Shown here: positions 50,982-64,000 of the stretch, piece by piece | How the letters are laid out: each line of letters opens with the position of its first letter | How positions within the stretch are numbered: the first letter of the stretch is position 1 | Assembly (NCBI GenBank): GCA_050613775.1 | Contig: JBODTK010000116.1 | Span: forward strand, 186,001-250,000 | Length of the DNA stretch: 64,000 nucleotides | DNA from: Neocallimastix sp. 'constans' | Taxonomy: Eukaryota | Direction of reading: 5' to 3' | The notes under the pieces: model-generated | The model's database searches: none | Told to the model about the DNA's origin: nothing | What the model saw: the letters and a program-made list of their open reading frames with translations, nothing else | Translations under genes and position numbers: made by a program

Positions 50982-52364
50982 AACATTAATAATTAGAAAG
51001 AATTTCCAAAGAATTTTCAATTCTAAACTTATTGAATACTTCCATTCAAATTAATATGATAAAGTTTTTAAAAATAAATTGTTAACTAAAAAATAATAAT
51101 ATAATAGGTAGCTTAACAATAATAATTAAATTATATCTACAGATACTGAAATTTATTTATTAATAATTTAATTATATAGTAGTAGTAAATTCTTTGTAAA
51201 TAAAATGAATTTTAAATTTTGTTATTTTTATTAAAACAAAAAAAAAAAAAAAATGTTTTATTAAAAAGCTCAATAAATGACAATTAAAATTTTCTATTTT
51301 AATATAAAAAAAAAAATTAAAATAAAAATTATTTTAATATTGAGTAATCCAATATTCAGATGTAACAAACTAAATTTTAATATTATTTTTAACGAAAATC
51401 ATTATTATAATTATATGACATAAATTAATTGAAAAAAAAAAAAAATTAAGTTATTAATACGAATAACAATAAAGAAAAAATAAGTAATTATTATTCATCA
51501 ATTTTAATTGAAAAAAAAAAAAAAATAAGAATGAAAGAAACAATTACATATAATAGTATTGTGTTAAAAAAGATAGGTTAGAATATTATTTTAATAATTA
51601 TAGTATACAAAATTTACTCATATATATTAAAATAATTATCATAAATATATATATATATATATATTAAATAAAATAATTAAATTTATTTAAATTGAATTAT
51701 ATAATATTTTTTTATGAATTATATAATATTTTTTATAATTAAATAATATATATATATATATAGTTGTATTTTACAAAAATTTTAAATATACATATATCAA
51801 ATTTTAATATTTTTATAATTGTTTATTGTACTAGTATATATATTTTTGACAAATAAAAGTAAATGTTATAATAATTTTTGTTATATTCAATACATTTTAG
51901 TTGTGAAAATAGTTAATTGAAATATTAATAAAAAGAAAATAAAAATAAAAAAAATAAAAATAATTTAAAGAACTGATAATCATATAAATAAAAATAAATT
52001 TATAATACTTTCAAATATTAATTAAATTTTCTGTATAAATCTTGGAATATGATAAATGTAAATGTAAATATTTAATAAATAAAAATGGACTATTTCGGAA
52101 TATAATCACTATAAATTTAATTATTAAATAATACAATAAAAAGATAAATATATGCTTCTTAAAAAAAAAAAAATTTTTTTTTTATTAAATATTTACTAAA
52201 AGATAGAAAAGATAAAAAAAAATAAAAATAAAATAAAAAAATTTTCCATTTAATATTACCTATTTTCATATTTAATAATTGAATAATAAAATCATTTTTA
52301 TTTAATTTCATATCAATTTTATTAAATACTTTTTTTTTTCTATAATATTTCTTTTTCTTATTTT

Positions 52365-52925
52365 AAATAAAATAAAATAAAATAAAATAAAATAAAATAA
52401 AAAATAAAATAAATAGTAGAATATTAAATATAAAGTACAGATTGAATAAAATAAAATAAAATAAAATAAAATAAAATAAAATAAAATAAAATAAAATAAA
52501 ATAAAATAAAATAAAATAAAATAAAATAAAATAAAATAAAATAAAATAAAATAAAATAAAATAAAATAAAATAAAATAAAATAAAATAAAATAAAATAAA
52601 ATAAAATAAAATAAAATAAAATAAAATAAAATAAAATAAAATAAAATAAAATAAAATAAAATAAAATAAAATAAAATAAAATAAAATAAAATAAAATAAA
52701 TAGTAGAATATTAAATATAAAGTACAGATTGAATAAAATAAAATAAAATAAAATAAAATAAAATAAATAGTAGAATATTAAATATAAAGTACAGATTGAA
52801 TAAAATAAAATAAAATAAAATAAATAGTAGAATATGAATATAGAGTACAGATTGAATAAAATAAAATAAAATAAAATAAATAGTAGAAATATGAATATAA
52901 TTAAAGTACAGATTGAATAAAATAA
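52365..52925 (+). repeat. Compound minisatellite: five ~37-bp units separated by (AAAAT)n tracts of variable length
   Basis: The unit aaatagtagaatat(t/g)aaatataaagtacagattgaat occurs at ~52412, 52698, 52764, 52822 and 52878. Confidence 0.9.
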
Positions 52926-53231
52926 TAAAAATAATAAAAATAAAATAAAATATAATGAATAAAAAAAATGAAAATTATTGTTAAAACTTTAATATTAAAT
53001 ATATTAAATAATTAAATAAAAAGGATAATTTATAATATCAAACAATTGACTTTATTCAATTATAATAAAGATGTGTCATTTTTTTAATAATAATGTCAAT
53101 TTCTTATTGTTTTAAAATTAATATATACTTTTTTTAAAAATTAATAATTTTATAATATTTATAGTTTATATATATTTTATTATTTATTTATTTATTTGAT
53201 TTTATTTTATTTTATAGAATCCTTTTTTTTT

Positions 53232-53461
53232 TATTATTTTATTTTATTTTATTTTATTTTATTTTATTTTATTTTATTTTATTTTATTTTATTTTATTTT
53301 ATTTTATTTTATTTTATTTTATTTTATTTTATTTTATTTTATTTTATTTTATTTTATTTTATTTTATTTTATTTTATTTTATTTTATTTTATTTTATTTT
53401 ATTTTATTTTATTTTATTTTATTTTATTTTATTTTATTTTATTTTATTTTATTTTATTTTT
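53232..53461. repeat. (ATTTT)n pentamer microsatellite
   Basis: About 230 bp of pure repeat, the reverse complement of the (AAAAT)n tract at 52446-52700. Confidence 0.92.
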
Positions 53462-54311
53462 CATATATTTTTGTCACTAATTTATAGTAATTTATAAATG
53501 TTATTATAAAAATATAATTAATTATAGTGGTAATAGAATATCATGAGAATTAAAAAAAAAAAAAAAGACTTTTTGTTCCTTTTTTTTTTATTATTTAATT
53601 TTAAAAATTAATACTTTTATAAATTTATTTCAAATTTTCCATATTAATTATCTTCGCAATGGAACTTTTTTATTTATAAAAAAAAATATATATATATATA
53701 TGTATATATGTATATATGTATGCATATTTTGAATAAATTTGGATAATTATTTAAAAAAAAATTTAGATACTTATTAAATATATTTTAAATATATTTATAT
53801 GTATTTTATATTGTGTTAAGAATGAGTAATTAATTAATAATAAAATTATTAATTATTATATATTAAATTATATATTAAATTATCCAAAAATAAAAATTTT
53901 TTTATTTTTTTTATTTTTATTTTTCTAAATTATATAAAATAAAATTTATTAAATTTTCTATAGGAGATAAATTAGAATTATAGATAAAAAATATATTAAA
54001 AAAATATATTAAAAAAAATATTAAAAAAATAAATAAAAATAAAAAAAAATATATAAAAATATAAAAAAAATATATATAAAAATATATAAAATAATAATTT
54101 TTAATATATATATTTTTAAATGTTTTTTTTTTTTTTGTATATTTTGTATATTTTGTATATATTTTGTATATTTTTTATTTATTTGTTTTAAATAATATAA
54201 TTTATTATTTTAATCTTTTTAACTTCATTACTTTATTCAGATATTACAAATTAAAACTATTTAAGGATGAAAAGGTTTAGAGTTCTTTTTATAGCAAGTA
54301 TTGATTTTTAT

Positions 54312-54346
<35 letters not shown>

Positions 54347-55767
54347 TTTAATAATAAATTTATCTATAAATTAAATTATATATATTCGGTAAAATATTTA
54401 ATAATTTGTTTAATTTTTTTTTATATATATTATTCCTATTTATTATTTATTTTATTTTATTTTTTTTCAAACAGTTTTATTTATTAAAGATAGTTTATAA
54501 TTATTGAACATTAATAACTTTTCCTTTAAAGAAAATTTATAAAAAAAATTATTATATATTTTTGTTAATTGTAAAAAAAAAATAATTAATTAATAAAATC
54601 TGAAAAGTGATGATTTTATATTATTGATAGATTTTATAAAATACTAAATAATATATAATATATTTATTATAAAAAAAAATTAAATATATAATTGATTTTT
54701 TTTTATACAAAATTCCTTTTTTTTTTTTTTTTTTTTATCTTTCTTTTATTTTAATTGTTTAAAAATCTAATTTTTATTTATTTTTTTTTTTATATTGTTC
54801 AAAATTTAATTAAATTTAATTTTTTTTTTTTTTCTTTTTTTTTTTTATTAATTATCTAAAATCTAAATTTTTAATTTTTTTTTTTTATTTTTTTTTAATA
54901 ATTTATTTGTACCCATATAATAAATTAAAATTGCGGATCATTAAAATTTTAATTAATTTATTGCAAAGTAAACAATGTATAAATTTTCATTATTTTTCAT
55001 TTTTCATTATTAATTTTAGAATTTTTTAAATATTAAAGTTATTAATATAATTATATAATATTTAGTACATTTAGTAATGGTTATAAAAAATTTTTTTATT
55101 TGTTATTTTTTATAATTTTCTTTTTTTTTTTTTTTTTATATTTTTATTTTTATTTTTTAAATATTAAATAATATAAATTTATATATAATATATAATGATT
55201 TTTGAAATAAATAAATAAATAAATAAATAAAAATATTATTATTATTAATATTATATAGAAAATGTCTCAATTTAATAAATTTAATTATGTATAATAAGAA
55301 TATAACGATAGTATAAATATGGAAAGATGATAGGTGTGTCATTTAATTAAAATGATGATCATTATATTGGAGAATTTAATTTTATTAAAATATCTTTATT
55401 TTATTATTATATTATTTTAATTAGCATATTAATTTTAATTTATTTATTATATATTAGAATTTAAAAATTGTTAACTTTTTAAATATAGTTTTATTTTCAT
55501 GGCTTTAATAAATATATTCATAATAAATGATTTAATTTTTAATTTTTTTATATATAAGGGATCTTTTTTCATTAAATATTTTTCAATTTTTTTTTTTTTT
55601 TTTAAATTAAATAAAATTAGATTTACAAAAAAAATATTTTCTCCGGAAGAAAATAGTAAATAAATTTTATAAATAAAAAGAATATAAAGATTTTCATAAT
55701 ATCTAGTTATTATAATATTTTAAAATAATTAAAATATAATAATAAAATTTTAAACCAAAAAAAAAAA

Positions 55768-56931
55768 ATGAGAATTTCAATTGCTTTAACTGCTCTTGCT
55801 GCTCTTACTGCTAAAGTTTCTGCAGCTTGTTTTTCAGAAAAACTTGGTTATAAATGTTGTAAAAGAAATGAAGTTGTTTATACCGATAATGATGGTGATT
55901 GGGGTGTTGAAGATAATGAATGGTGTGGTATTTCATCCGGTAATGATGGATGCTGGTCTACTGCATTAGGTTACCCATGTTGTAAAAACTCTAGTATTGT
56001 TTATTTCACTGATAATGATGGTAAATGGAGTGTTGAAAATAATGATTGGTGTGGTATTATTGAAGGTAATATAACTAAAACTACTCAAAAACCACAACCA
56101 ACTCAAGAACCACAAGAACCAACTTACAGTTTCGGATACGGTCTTAAGAATAAGCCAGTTCCATCTAAAGGTTGTGGAAAGAATCCATCTCTTCGTGGAA
56201 TCATTCAATTCCCATGGTCTGGTGGTAGACGTAAGGTTATTATTGATCTTCCAGATAATTATGATAAAAATAAGCCTTACCGTTTAATTTTCGGTATGCA
56301 ATGTATGGGTGGTTCATCTGATAATGTTCGTAGTGAAGGTTACTATGGTTTAAAGCCATTAGATACTGGAAAAACTTCTATTTTCGTTGCTCCAGAAGGT
56401 AATGGTCAACAATTACCATGGGGTGAAGCCGATTACAGATTATTTGATGAACTTCTTGATAAGTTAAAGGAAGATCTTTGTATTGATGAATCTCGTGTCT
56501 TCTCTACTGGTTTCAGTTATGGATCTATGTATTCTAATGGTCTTTCCTGGAATCATCAAAAGGTACTTCGTGGTGTTGCTGTTTATGAAACAGCTGAACG
56601 TAACATCTGGTTACCAAAGCACACTGGTGAACCAATTGCATGGATGGGTGTTCTTGGTTTTGATGATGGTCTCTGTACTCCAGAAATGGGTCGTCATGCT
56701 CGTGATATTATTCTTGAACACAACTCAGAAGGTGGTAAGGCAGTTCAAGAAAGAGCTCAAGAAGCTACTCCAGGAGGTCCACACAAATGTTATGACTACA
56801 AGACCGTTGACCCACGTTTCCCAGTTCGTTGGTGTACTCAATCTGGTGGTCACCAATGGGATCACAAGGACCCAGGTCAATGGCAATCATGGGTACCACA
56901 AGCTACTTGGGAATTCATTACTCAATTCTAG
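55768..56931 (+). CDS. Cellulosomal carbohydrate esterase (CE1 / feruloyl esterase-like) with two N-terminal fungal dockerin (CBM10-type) domains
   Basis: Signal peptide, two repeats of C...LGY.CC....V.YTD.DG.W.VE...WCGI, a Pro/Thr/Gln linker, and an alpha/beta-hydrolase domain with [16 protein letters not shown] (GxSxG) and a C-terminal GGH. Intronless. Confidence 0.9.
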   Translation: MRISIALTALAALTAKVSAACFSEKLGYKCCKRNEVVYTDNDGDWGVEDNEWCGISSGNDGCWSTALGYPCCKNSSIVYFTDNDGKWSVENNDWCGIIEGNITKTTQKPQPTQEPQEPTYSFGYGLKNKPVPSKGCGKNPSLRGIIQFPWSGGRRKVIIDLPDNYDKNKPYRLIFGMQCMGGSSDNVRSEGYYGLKPLDTGKTSIFVAPEGNGQQLPWGEADYRLFDELLDKLKEDLCIDESRVFSTGFSYGSMYSNGLSWNHQKVLRGVAVYETAERNIWLPKHTGEPIAWMGVLGFDDGLCTPEMGRHARDIILEHNSEGGKAVQERAQEATPGGPHKCYDYKTVDPRFPVRWCTQSGGHQWDHKDPGQWQSWVPQATWEFITQF

Positions 56932-57195
56932 ATTTATATGAAAATATGAAAAATAAAAAAAAAAAAAAATTTTTTTTTTTTTTTTCACTGAAATTTTTTT
57001 ATTTATTAAATAAATAAATAAATAAATAAAAAAAAAATAAAATAAAATGTAATCTAAAAGAAAAGGAAAAAAAAAAAAAAAAAAAAAAAAAATAGAAAAA
57101 AATTGGAAATAATTAATCATATCTAGAAAAAATTTTAAATGTATGACAAATAAAATTGAAGAAAAGTAAAAATATTTGATTCAATAAAAATTATA

Positions 57196-57234
<39 letters not shown>

Positions 57235-57559
57235 AATAAAATATATTATATAAAAGAGATATATTTTAAAAGAAAAAAGGCTGGCAATGTATATAAATTA
57301 TATATATGTAAATTAAAAAATAAAACTAAATATAAAATTGTTTTTATTTTTTAAAAAAAAAAAAAATATGTATAGTGAATTGCTTTTTTTTAAATTTTTT
57401 GATTTGTCTAATAATATTTTTTTTTTATTATTTTTTTAATTTATTAATGTGTGTCTAATAGTAGTTTATTATTATTATTATTATTATTATTATTTGTTTG
57501 GTTGTTTGCTAGTTTATTATATTATGTTATTGCATTTTCATCATTGAGTTTACTTTTAT

Positions 57560-57957
57560 ATAAGACAGACGATCAGAGCCCAAGGCCTCTAAAGGAGAAG
57601 ACCATGATTTCTTTTAGAGAGTCAATTTAAACCCTTATCCGGAATAAAGAATGCCATTTAAACAGAAATTAGTTCGTTGTCTATGAACTTTTTTTTTTTT
57701 TTTTTTTTTCTAAATTTCTTTATACACTATATTTTTTGAATATTATTATTATTATTTTTTTTTTTTTTATTTCAAATTAACTATTTTAAATATTAACTAT
57801 TTTAAATATTTACTATTTTAAATATTTATTATATTTTAATTGGACAAATACTATTTATTTATTATTATTATTATTTTTTTTTAATCAAAAATAGTCATGC
57901 AATTAATAAATGAATAAATAAAATAAAGATTATAAAAGTTCGTAATAATTGCGGCTG

Positions 57958-57988
<31 letters not shown>

Positions 57989-57990
57989 AA
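57560..57990 (+). mobile_element. 5'-truncated LINE 3' end with poly(A) tail
   Basis: Homologous to 62820-63178: gcctct..ag.agaa....atttcttt.aga.agtcaatt.aaaccct.atccgga, with both copies ending in aataat.g.ggctgt followed by poly(A). Confidence 0.75.
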
Positions 57991-58014
57991 AAGTTTAAAA
58001 GTAAATAAATATAT

Positions 58015-58045
<31 letters not shown>

Positions 58046-58205
58046 TTATTGTCATTGTCGTTGTCGTTGTAGTTGTTATTGTTATGTATGGAAGTTATTT
58101 TATAAAAAAACTAAAGTATATACAAATAATATTATATTATTACAAATTTTCTTTATTTTCCCAAATGATGTGGACTATCTTTCCAGGTCCATGGAGAGTT
58201 GATGG

Positions 58206-58256
<51 letters not shown>

Positions 58257-58912
58257 AATAGCCTATATTAAGTGTACTATTTATAGTGTTCTAGAAGACT
58301 ATAGAATGTGATCTTGATGTTTTTTATATTGTTTTAAACTGGATAGGTAATTAACATAGGAGTTGTAATAATTAATCATATCATGTTTGTTTCTACATAT
58401 TATCATTGTGATGAATCTATTGTATTTTTTTTTTTTTTTTTCACTCTATATGTATTTTTCTATAGTATATATTTAAACGCTCATGTAGCTATTGTAGAAA
58501 CGGAAATGTAGGAGATAGATTCACTCCAACGCTTTTTGTTTTAAGACTTTTTATTTTTATTTTTACGGAAGGAAATCTTTTTTTATTTTATTTTTTTTTT
58601 TTTTTTCACTACTAACTTTTTATTATTATTTTTTTTTCCACTACTAACTTTTTATTTACCTTTTCATTTTCATTTATATATGATTATTCTACAGAAAATT
58701 ACTACATTAATTAGAGCTTTATTCATCGAATAGAAAAACAATAATTCAAAAGATTAAAAAAAAAAAATTATCATTATAACAAAATATACAACAGTTTTTT
58801 TTTTTTTTTTACTTAAATAATTATCAACAACTAAAAAAAAAAATCATATTATATTAACTATTTTTTTTTTTTTTTATATATAATATTTTTTTTTAATTTA
58901 TATTTTTATTAA

Positions 58913-59090
58913 CCTAGTGGTGCCAATATTTTTTTATCTTGTAAGTAGGGTTCTAAAATATATATATAAAAAAAAAAAAAAAAAAGACACCGATGGGAAT
59001 AGCATAAAAAGAAAGGCCAGACTCGAAGCGAGAGGCTTCACCCAAAGGTCTATGGAATAGATGATACCGTTAACCTTTTCCCCCCACATT
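58913..59090 (+). mobile_element. Ty1/copia reverse transcriptase fragment (decayed)
   Basis: Translates with frameshifts as PSGANI..SCK*V.K...DTDGNSIKRKARLEARGFTQ..YGID...TFSP, matching the copia RT motif KARLVARGFTQ.YGIDY.ETFSP. Confidence 0.85.
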
Positions 59091-59501
59091 AAAATTTTTT
59101 TTATATTTTTTTTTTTTTATTTTTTTTATATTTTTTTATATTTTTTTATATTTTTTTTTATATTTTTTTATATTTTTTTTTATATTTTTTTATATTTTTT
59201 TTTATATTTTTTTTTTATATTTTTTTATTATATTTTTTATTTTATATTTTTTTTTATATTTTTTATTTTATATTTATAATTCTTATTTTTTAGTATTTTA
59301 GCTTTTATAAGTTTCATTTTTTTATCAATTAGTAATTTATTGTTCATTATTGAAAAGATATTTCACCCAAGGGGGGGAAAGGTTTCTCGCTGTTACGGTA
59401 ACATCTATTGATGATAACAAGGTTGATTTTTTTTTTTTATCCATGCTATTACTACACTCATGAACCAATGCTAAAAAAAATAAAGGAATTTTATTTATTC
59501 T

Positions 59502-59532
<31 letters not shown>

Positions 59533-59869
59533 TTCAAGAATAATATTCTTATCCAATGAAACGAAATTACTAATATTCTAGATGTAAAAAAAAAAAAAAA
59601 TTCAAGAATAATATTCTTATCCAATGAAACGAAATTACTAAATAATTCAATTGATAGTGATAGTTTCTTCAGGATTAAAAAGTGTATATTACACACTCTA
59701 AATTAAAACCATGAAAATTTTGAAAAAAAGTATTTGAAAGAGAAAAGAAAAAAAAAAAAAAAAAAAAAAAACAAGATCTGAAGTTCAAAATTTCATATTG
59801 TAGAATGTTCCCCCCCAAAAAAAAAAAATGAATTCAAAAATTTTCTTTTCAACATTTTAAAACAAATAA

Positions 59870-59906
<37 letters not shown>

Positions 59907-60099
59907 ATATTGAATAACACCTCCACGAATATAAATTCAGTAAACCTCCAAGTTCAGTTAATTTAGTAAATTAATGTAATAAATGCTAATGGTGAAATCA
60001 ATACTCCCAATGTACCTCATCTTAATTTTCAAAATCCAATTTTTTTTTTTTTTTTTTTTTTTACATTCTAACATAGGAAAGTTTTCTTTTTGTCTTTCT

Positions 60100-60822
60100 T
60101 TCGTTGAACTACCAATGAATGGAATTTTGTGAAAAAGAGATAGGTATTGAGTAATTCATTACAATTTTTTTTTTTTTTTTTAAAAAAAAACCCATTATTT
60201 CTATGGTTTCAGGAAACAGGTAATAGTAGTACCAATGAAGCTAGAATTTCATGTAAAGTAACACCTCCCAACAATTAATATTTCCAGAAAAGAAAAAAAA
60301 TGGATCTAAATACGACAGAGTTGCAAGAGGTTTCTATCTTGGGTATCAATGTCTTATGTTAAGCAGGTTCTTGAAGATAATTACTACACTTATCTTGTTT
60401 CTTTAACAACATATACTCTTTGGAATCATTCCTATGTTGTTCGGAAGGTAATGTCAATTACTTTCCGACTAAGAAACACTCATTACAAGTTCCGATAGTC
60501 ATCACTCAGAAATTTTCACCTAGCTTCAGAATCACACGAAATCACATAAAATCATTCCCATCTATTCTTCTTTAGAAACTTTGATAGGAGCACCGCTGCT
60601 TTACATAATAAAATAAAACAGCGAGTAACCTTGATAACTATAGTTTATTCTTCCAATTAATAGTTCAACCTATTTCATATTAGACTAGAGGTAGATATTC
60701 AATCAGATATTGATCATGCGCCATGCGATAGTTCAATTCAAGTATGCATGATAAAAAATATCAACTATTTATTTTGTTAACTATCCCTCTCTATCTGATC
60801 ATAAACCACTCGTAGTTTATTT

Positions 60823-60857
<35 letters not shown>

Positions 60858-60923
60858 ACAAATGAATCATTTTTGTTACCAAAAAAAAAAAAAAAAAAAA
60901 CACAAATGAATCATTTTTGTTAC

Positions 60924-60957
<34 letters not shown>

Positions 60958-60979
60958 ACAAATGAATTATTTTTGTTAC

Positions 60980-61016
<37 letters not shown>

Positions 61017-61040
61017 ACAAATGAATCATTTTTTGTTACC

Positions 61041-61071
<31 letters not shown>

Positions 61072-61695
61072 TTTTTTGTTAGATGAGATAGGATAGATAT
61101 AACTGTCCAGAACTTAAGAAAGTAATTTTTTGTAATCACAATAAAATTTAAGATTTCTTTAGTGAAGCCTTGGGAAAGGTAAAAAAAAAAAAAAAAAAAA
61201 AAAAAGCTTTCGGCAAATTGTGTAATGGAAAAGTTCATCAACACTACTACTAATTTCCATTCTAAGGGAAATGAAAAAAATTTAAAATTAAAAGCTTGGC
61301 ATCCTCATTTATAAATTCTTAGCGTTGGATTCTTCAGGTCATAGTGTTTCTAAAGATTTCTGGAATATATTCATTCTTAATGTACTTAGGGTTAGGAATT
61401 TGGGAAATCCAAGGCTACAAGAATTGGAATATTAACCAAGGTATTAGCGATGAAGAAAAAAGTGAAGCAATCTCCTCCACGCCTAACTTTAAAGCGTGTG
61501 TGTTCCTGATGGGATTCCAATAATGGAATTCTTTAAAAGCTTTTGAATTCTTTGGTAAAGAGAATTCAGAAGAAGAAGAAGAAGAGTCATGGAATAACGC
61601 ATTGATAATTTCTATTTCGTAGAAAGGAGGGCAATCCATCAGATAGTAAATAACTATTATGGCAGCTCTCTCATCAATAATAGACTAAAAATGAT

Positions 61696-61743
<48 letters not shown>

Positions 61744-61901
61744 ATAGCTCATCGAATCCTCTAAAAATGAAAATTGATGAAGGATTGATAAGACCTGAAA
61801 AACACTATGGATTTCGTAATCGAGAAGAATGTATAAATCTTTACGTTTCATTAAGAATTATATGGTAGTGACGAAAAAAATTTGAAAATAAGAATACTTA
61901 A

Positions 61902-61951
<50 letters not shown>

Positions 61952-63146
61952 GACCTTAAAAAAAGCATATGACTCAGTTCCCTTATATAATGTAATTAAT
62001 GAAGATTCATCCCTTTGGTATTAGAGGTAAGTGCTATGAATTTACAGAAAAAACTTATTCTTAACTTCCCAAAGACTTGTGTAAAGGGTTAATGAACAAT
62101 TATGGGAATCATTTAATATTAAGAAAGGAGTTCGTCAAGGTTGTTCCCCTCTCACCAATTTTGTTTAACTTGTTCATAAAATGACATTGTTAATTAATAA
62201 ATATGATAAATATGGAATCTCTATTGATGATAATAAAAGATATTGTATAGGTCTCTTTGTAGATGACATTAGGATCATACATTGTGTATTGTGCTCCAAC
62301 AAGATTCCCAACTTAAGAAATTGTTAAAGTTTGGCCAGTAAGTGGACTAGAAATAATGAAATGCAATTTTTTAGTATCAATAAATGTGCCAGTTTAGTAG
62401 TAGGAGGGGAAGTTTTTAAAGATTTCTCAATAATAATATATCACGTTGTAGACGTCATGCATGAAATAAAAAAAAAAAAATTATTATTAGCCGACAAATT
62501 AGATAAATGACCATCAAAAAAAAAAAAAAAAAAAAAAAAAAACAATCGCAAAACTTTTTTTTTTTTTACTGGGATAATAGATCAATTGATGATAATCGTG
62601 TAAAAATGTTAGTAATTTTCTGAATAATGAGTGTTTAAATAGATAATATGAAGTGGTATTATAATTGACTACTCTAAAGCACCATTTTTTTTTTTTGGTG
62701 AGATCCGCGACGCTCTTTACAGAAATTATTCCTTAGAGCAAAATTACTCAACAAGGGTTACTATTCCGATGGTATAAGCACAAACTAACCAGTAGCGTCA
62801 ACATTGAAAATGCAGTAAAGACAGCCTAGCAGGGTCAATGTCAATGCCTCTGAAGAAGAACATTAATTTCTTTCAGATAGTCAATTCAAACCCTAATCCG
62901 GAAAAAGTAATCTGGAGGTGAGGGTCGTTGCATAGGAACCTTTTTCTGAATTTTATTTATACATTTTATTTTGAATATTACCTTTTATTCAATATTATAT
63001 TACTATTTTAAATATTATTTTATGTTCTAATATAATATTTATTTTTGTATTAATTGGATGTACATTTTTATAAAAAAAAAAGAATATTCATATGTAATTA
63101 ATAAATGATTAAATAAATAAAGTTAAAATTTTGCAATAATAGAGGC

Positions 63147-63177
<31 letters not shown>

Positions 63178-63178
63178 G
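60100..63178 (+). mobile_element. Degenerate LINE (APE endonuclease + RT) with poly(A) tail; 59340-60100 may be further 5' remnant
   Basis: Motif remnants occur in the expected order: QET (~60210), IDH (~60709), SDHKPLVV (~60795), PNFKA..PDGIP.EFFK (~61480-61540), DLKKAYDSVP (~61950), KGVRQGCPLSPILFNLFI (~62125), GLFVDDI (~62250) and INKCA (~62378). There are many frameshifts and stops, and the element ends in ggctgt-(A)n. Confidence 0.88.
60825..61066 (+). repeat. Four tandem copies of cacaaatgaatcatttttgttacc separated by poly(A)
   Basis: Units at ~60857, 60901, 60957 and 61016, inside the LINE just after the endonuclease SDH motif. Confidence 0.9.
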
Positions 63179-64000
63179 AAATAAATAAATAAATTAAAAA
63201 AAAAAATATATATATATATATAATATATATATATATATATTGTAATATTTTAATTTAATAAATAAAAATATAACTTAGATAGGGTTAAAAATATAAAATT
63301 AAGATACACACAAAAATAAAAAAAAAAAAAAAAATAGACAAAATAGTTATTATTTTCATATAACAGTTTCAATAATATTTTGTTATATATTATTTTTTTT
63401 TACATTAAGAATTATTTTTAAGTAAAGAATAATATATTTTGAATTTTTTTTTTTTTATTTTATACTTTTCATTTTAAATATATACATTAAGTAATTTGTT
63501 ATTCCTTATATTAAAAATAGATTAAGTATTAAATTAAAATAATCATTATTTTAACAGATATAACAATTTAATTTACTGAAATATAATTAAAAATTATAAA
63601 AAAAAATTTTTTTTTTTTTATTCATATAAACTTGGGTTAATTAATTAGGATAATAATCTTATTAAACTCTTATATTAATCATTTTTTACTTTATGAAATA
63701 TTAATTTAATTAGTTGATAATAAAAAAAAAATTATTTTTTCTAATATTTCTCGTTTTGTTTACTATTATTGTTATTGTTATTTTATAAAAAAAAAAAAAT
63801 AAAATAAAATAAGCAATAATAATAATAATATCACATTGGTCTACGGCATTTAATATTTTAATCTATTTAATTATAATATAACTAGATATATATCAAAATT
63901 ATTTTTTATAATAATTAATTAGGATATACAAAATCAAAGAAATAAAATTTTATTTTTTTTATTTTTTTTTATTTTTTTTTTTTTTTTATTTTTTTTTTTG

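Noticed and set aside
52365..52925. CRISPR-like repeat-spacer appearance
   Set aside because: The spacers are simple (AAAAT)n of uneven length, there are no cas genes, and the context is eukaryotic.
53196..53480. 94-aa (FILFY)n ORF and similar low-complexity ORFs at 11448, 24814, 32882, 42023, 46794 and 59061
   Set aside because: They are translations of microsatellites or A/T-rich non-coding DNA.
58140..58540. GC-elevated patch with FPGPWRV, loosely like a gypsy integrase GPY/F motif
   Set aside because: One short motif with no supporting context. It is probably transposon debris but cannot be assigned.
60825..61066. CRISPR-like 24-bp repeats
   Set aside because: The spacers are pure poly(A) and the array lies inside a LINE remnant.

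Overview
Extremely AT-rich, intron-containing eukaryotic DNA. Fungal dockerin (CBM10-type) domains, CotH, hevein/CBM18 domains and long homopolymer tracts point to an anaerobic gut fungus (Neocallimastigomycota). The ORF track misses the main content. Positions 1.3-22.3 kb hold two tandem copies of a 35-exon gene, reconstructed by hand, for a secreted ~1290-aa protein: signal peptide - LRR module 1 - CBM18 - LRR module 2 - Thr/Lys linker - 2 or 3 CBM18. Nearly every LRR is its own symmetric phase-2 exon, and differences between the paralogs concentrate on the exposed xLxx positions of module 2. This makes it a candidate chitin-tethered variable recognition system. Downstream are an intronless CPBP/Abi protease, a tandem pair of two-exon 7TM (GPCR-like) genes, a secreted CotH kinase-family gene, a double-dockerin CE1-like esterase, simple and compound satellites, and decayed LINE and copia remnants. 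All exon calls and counts are manual.
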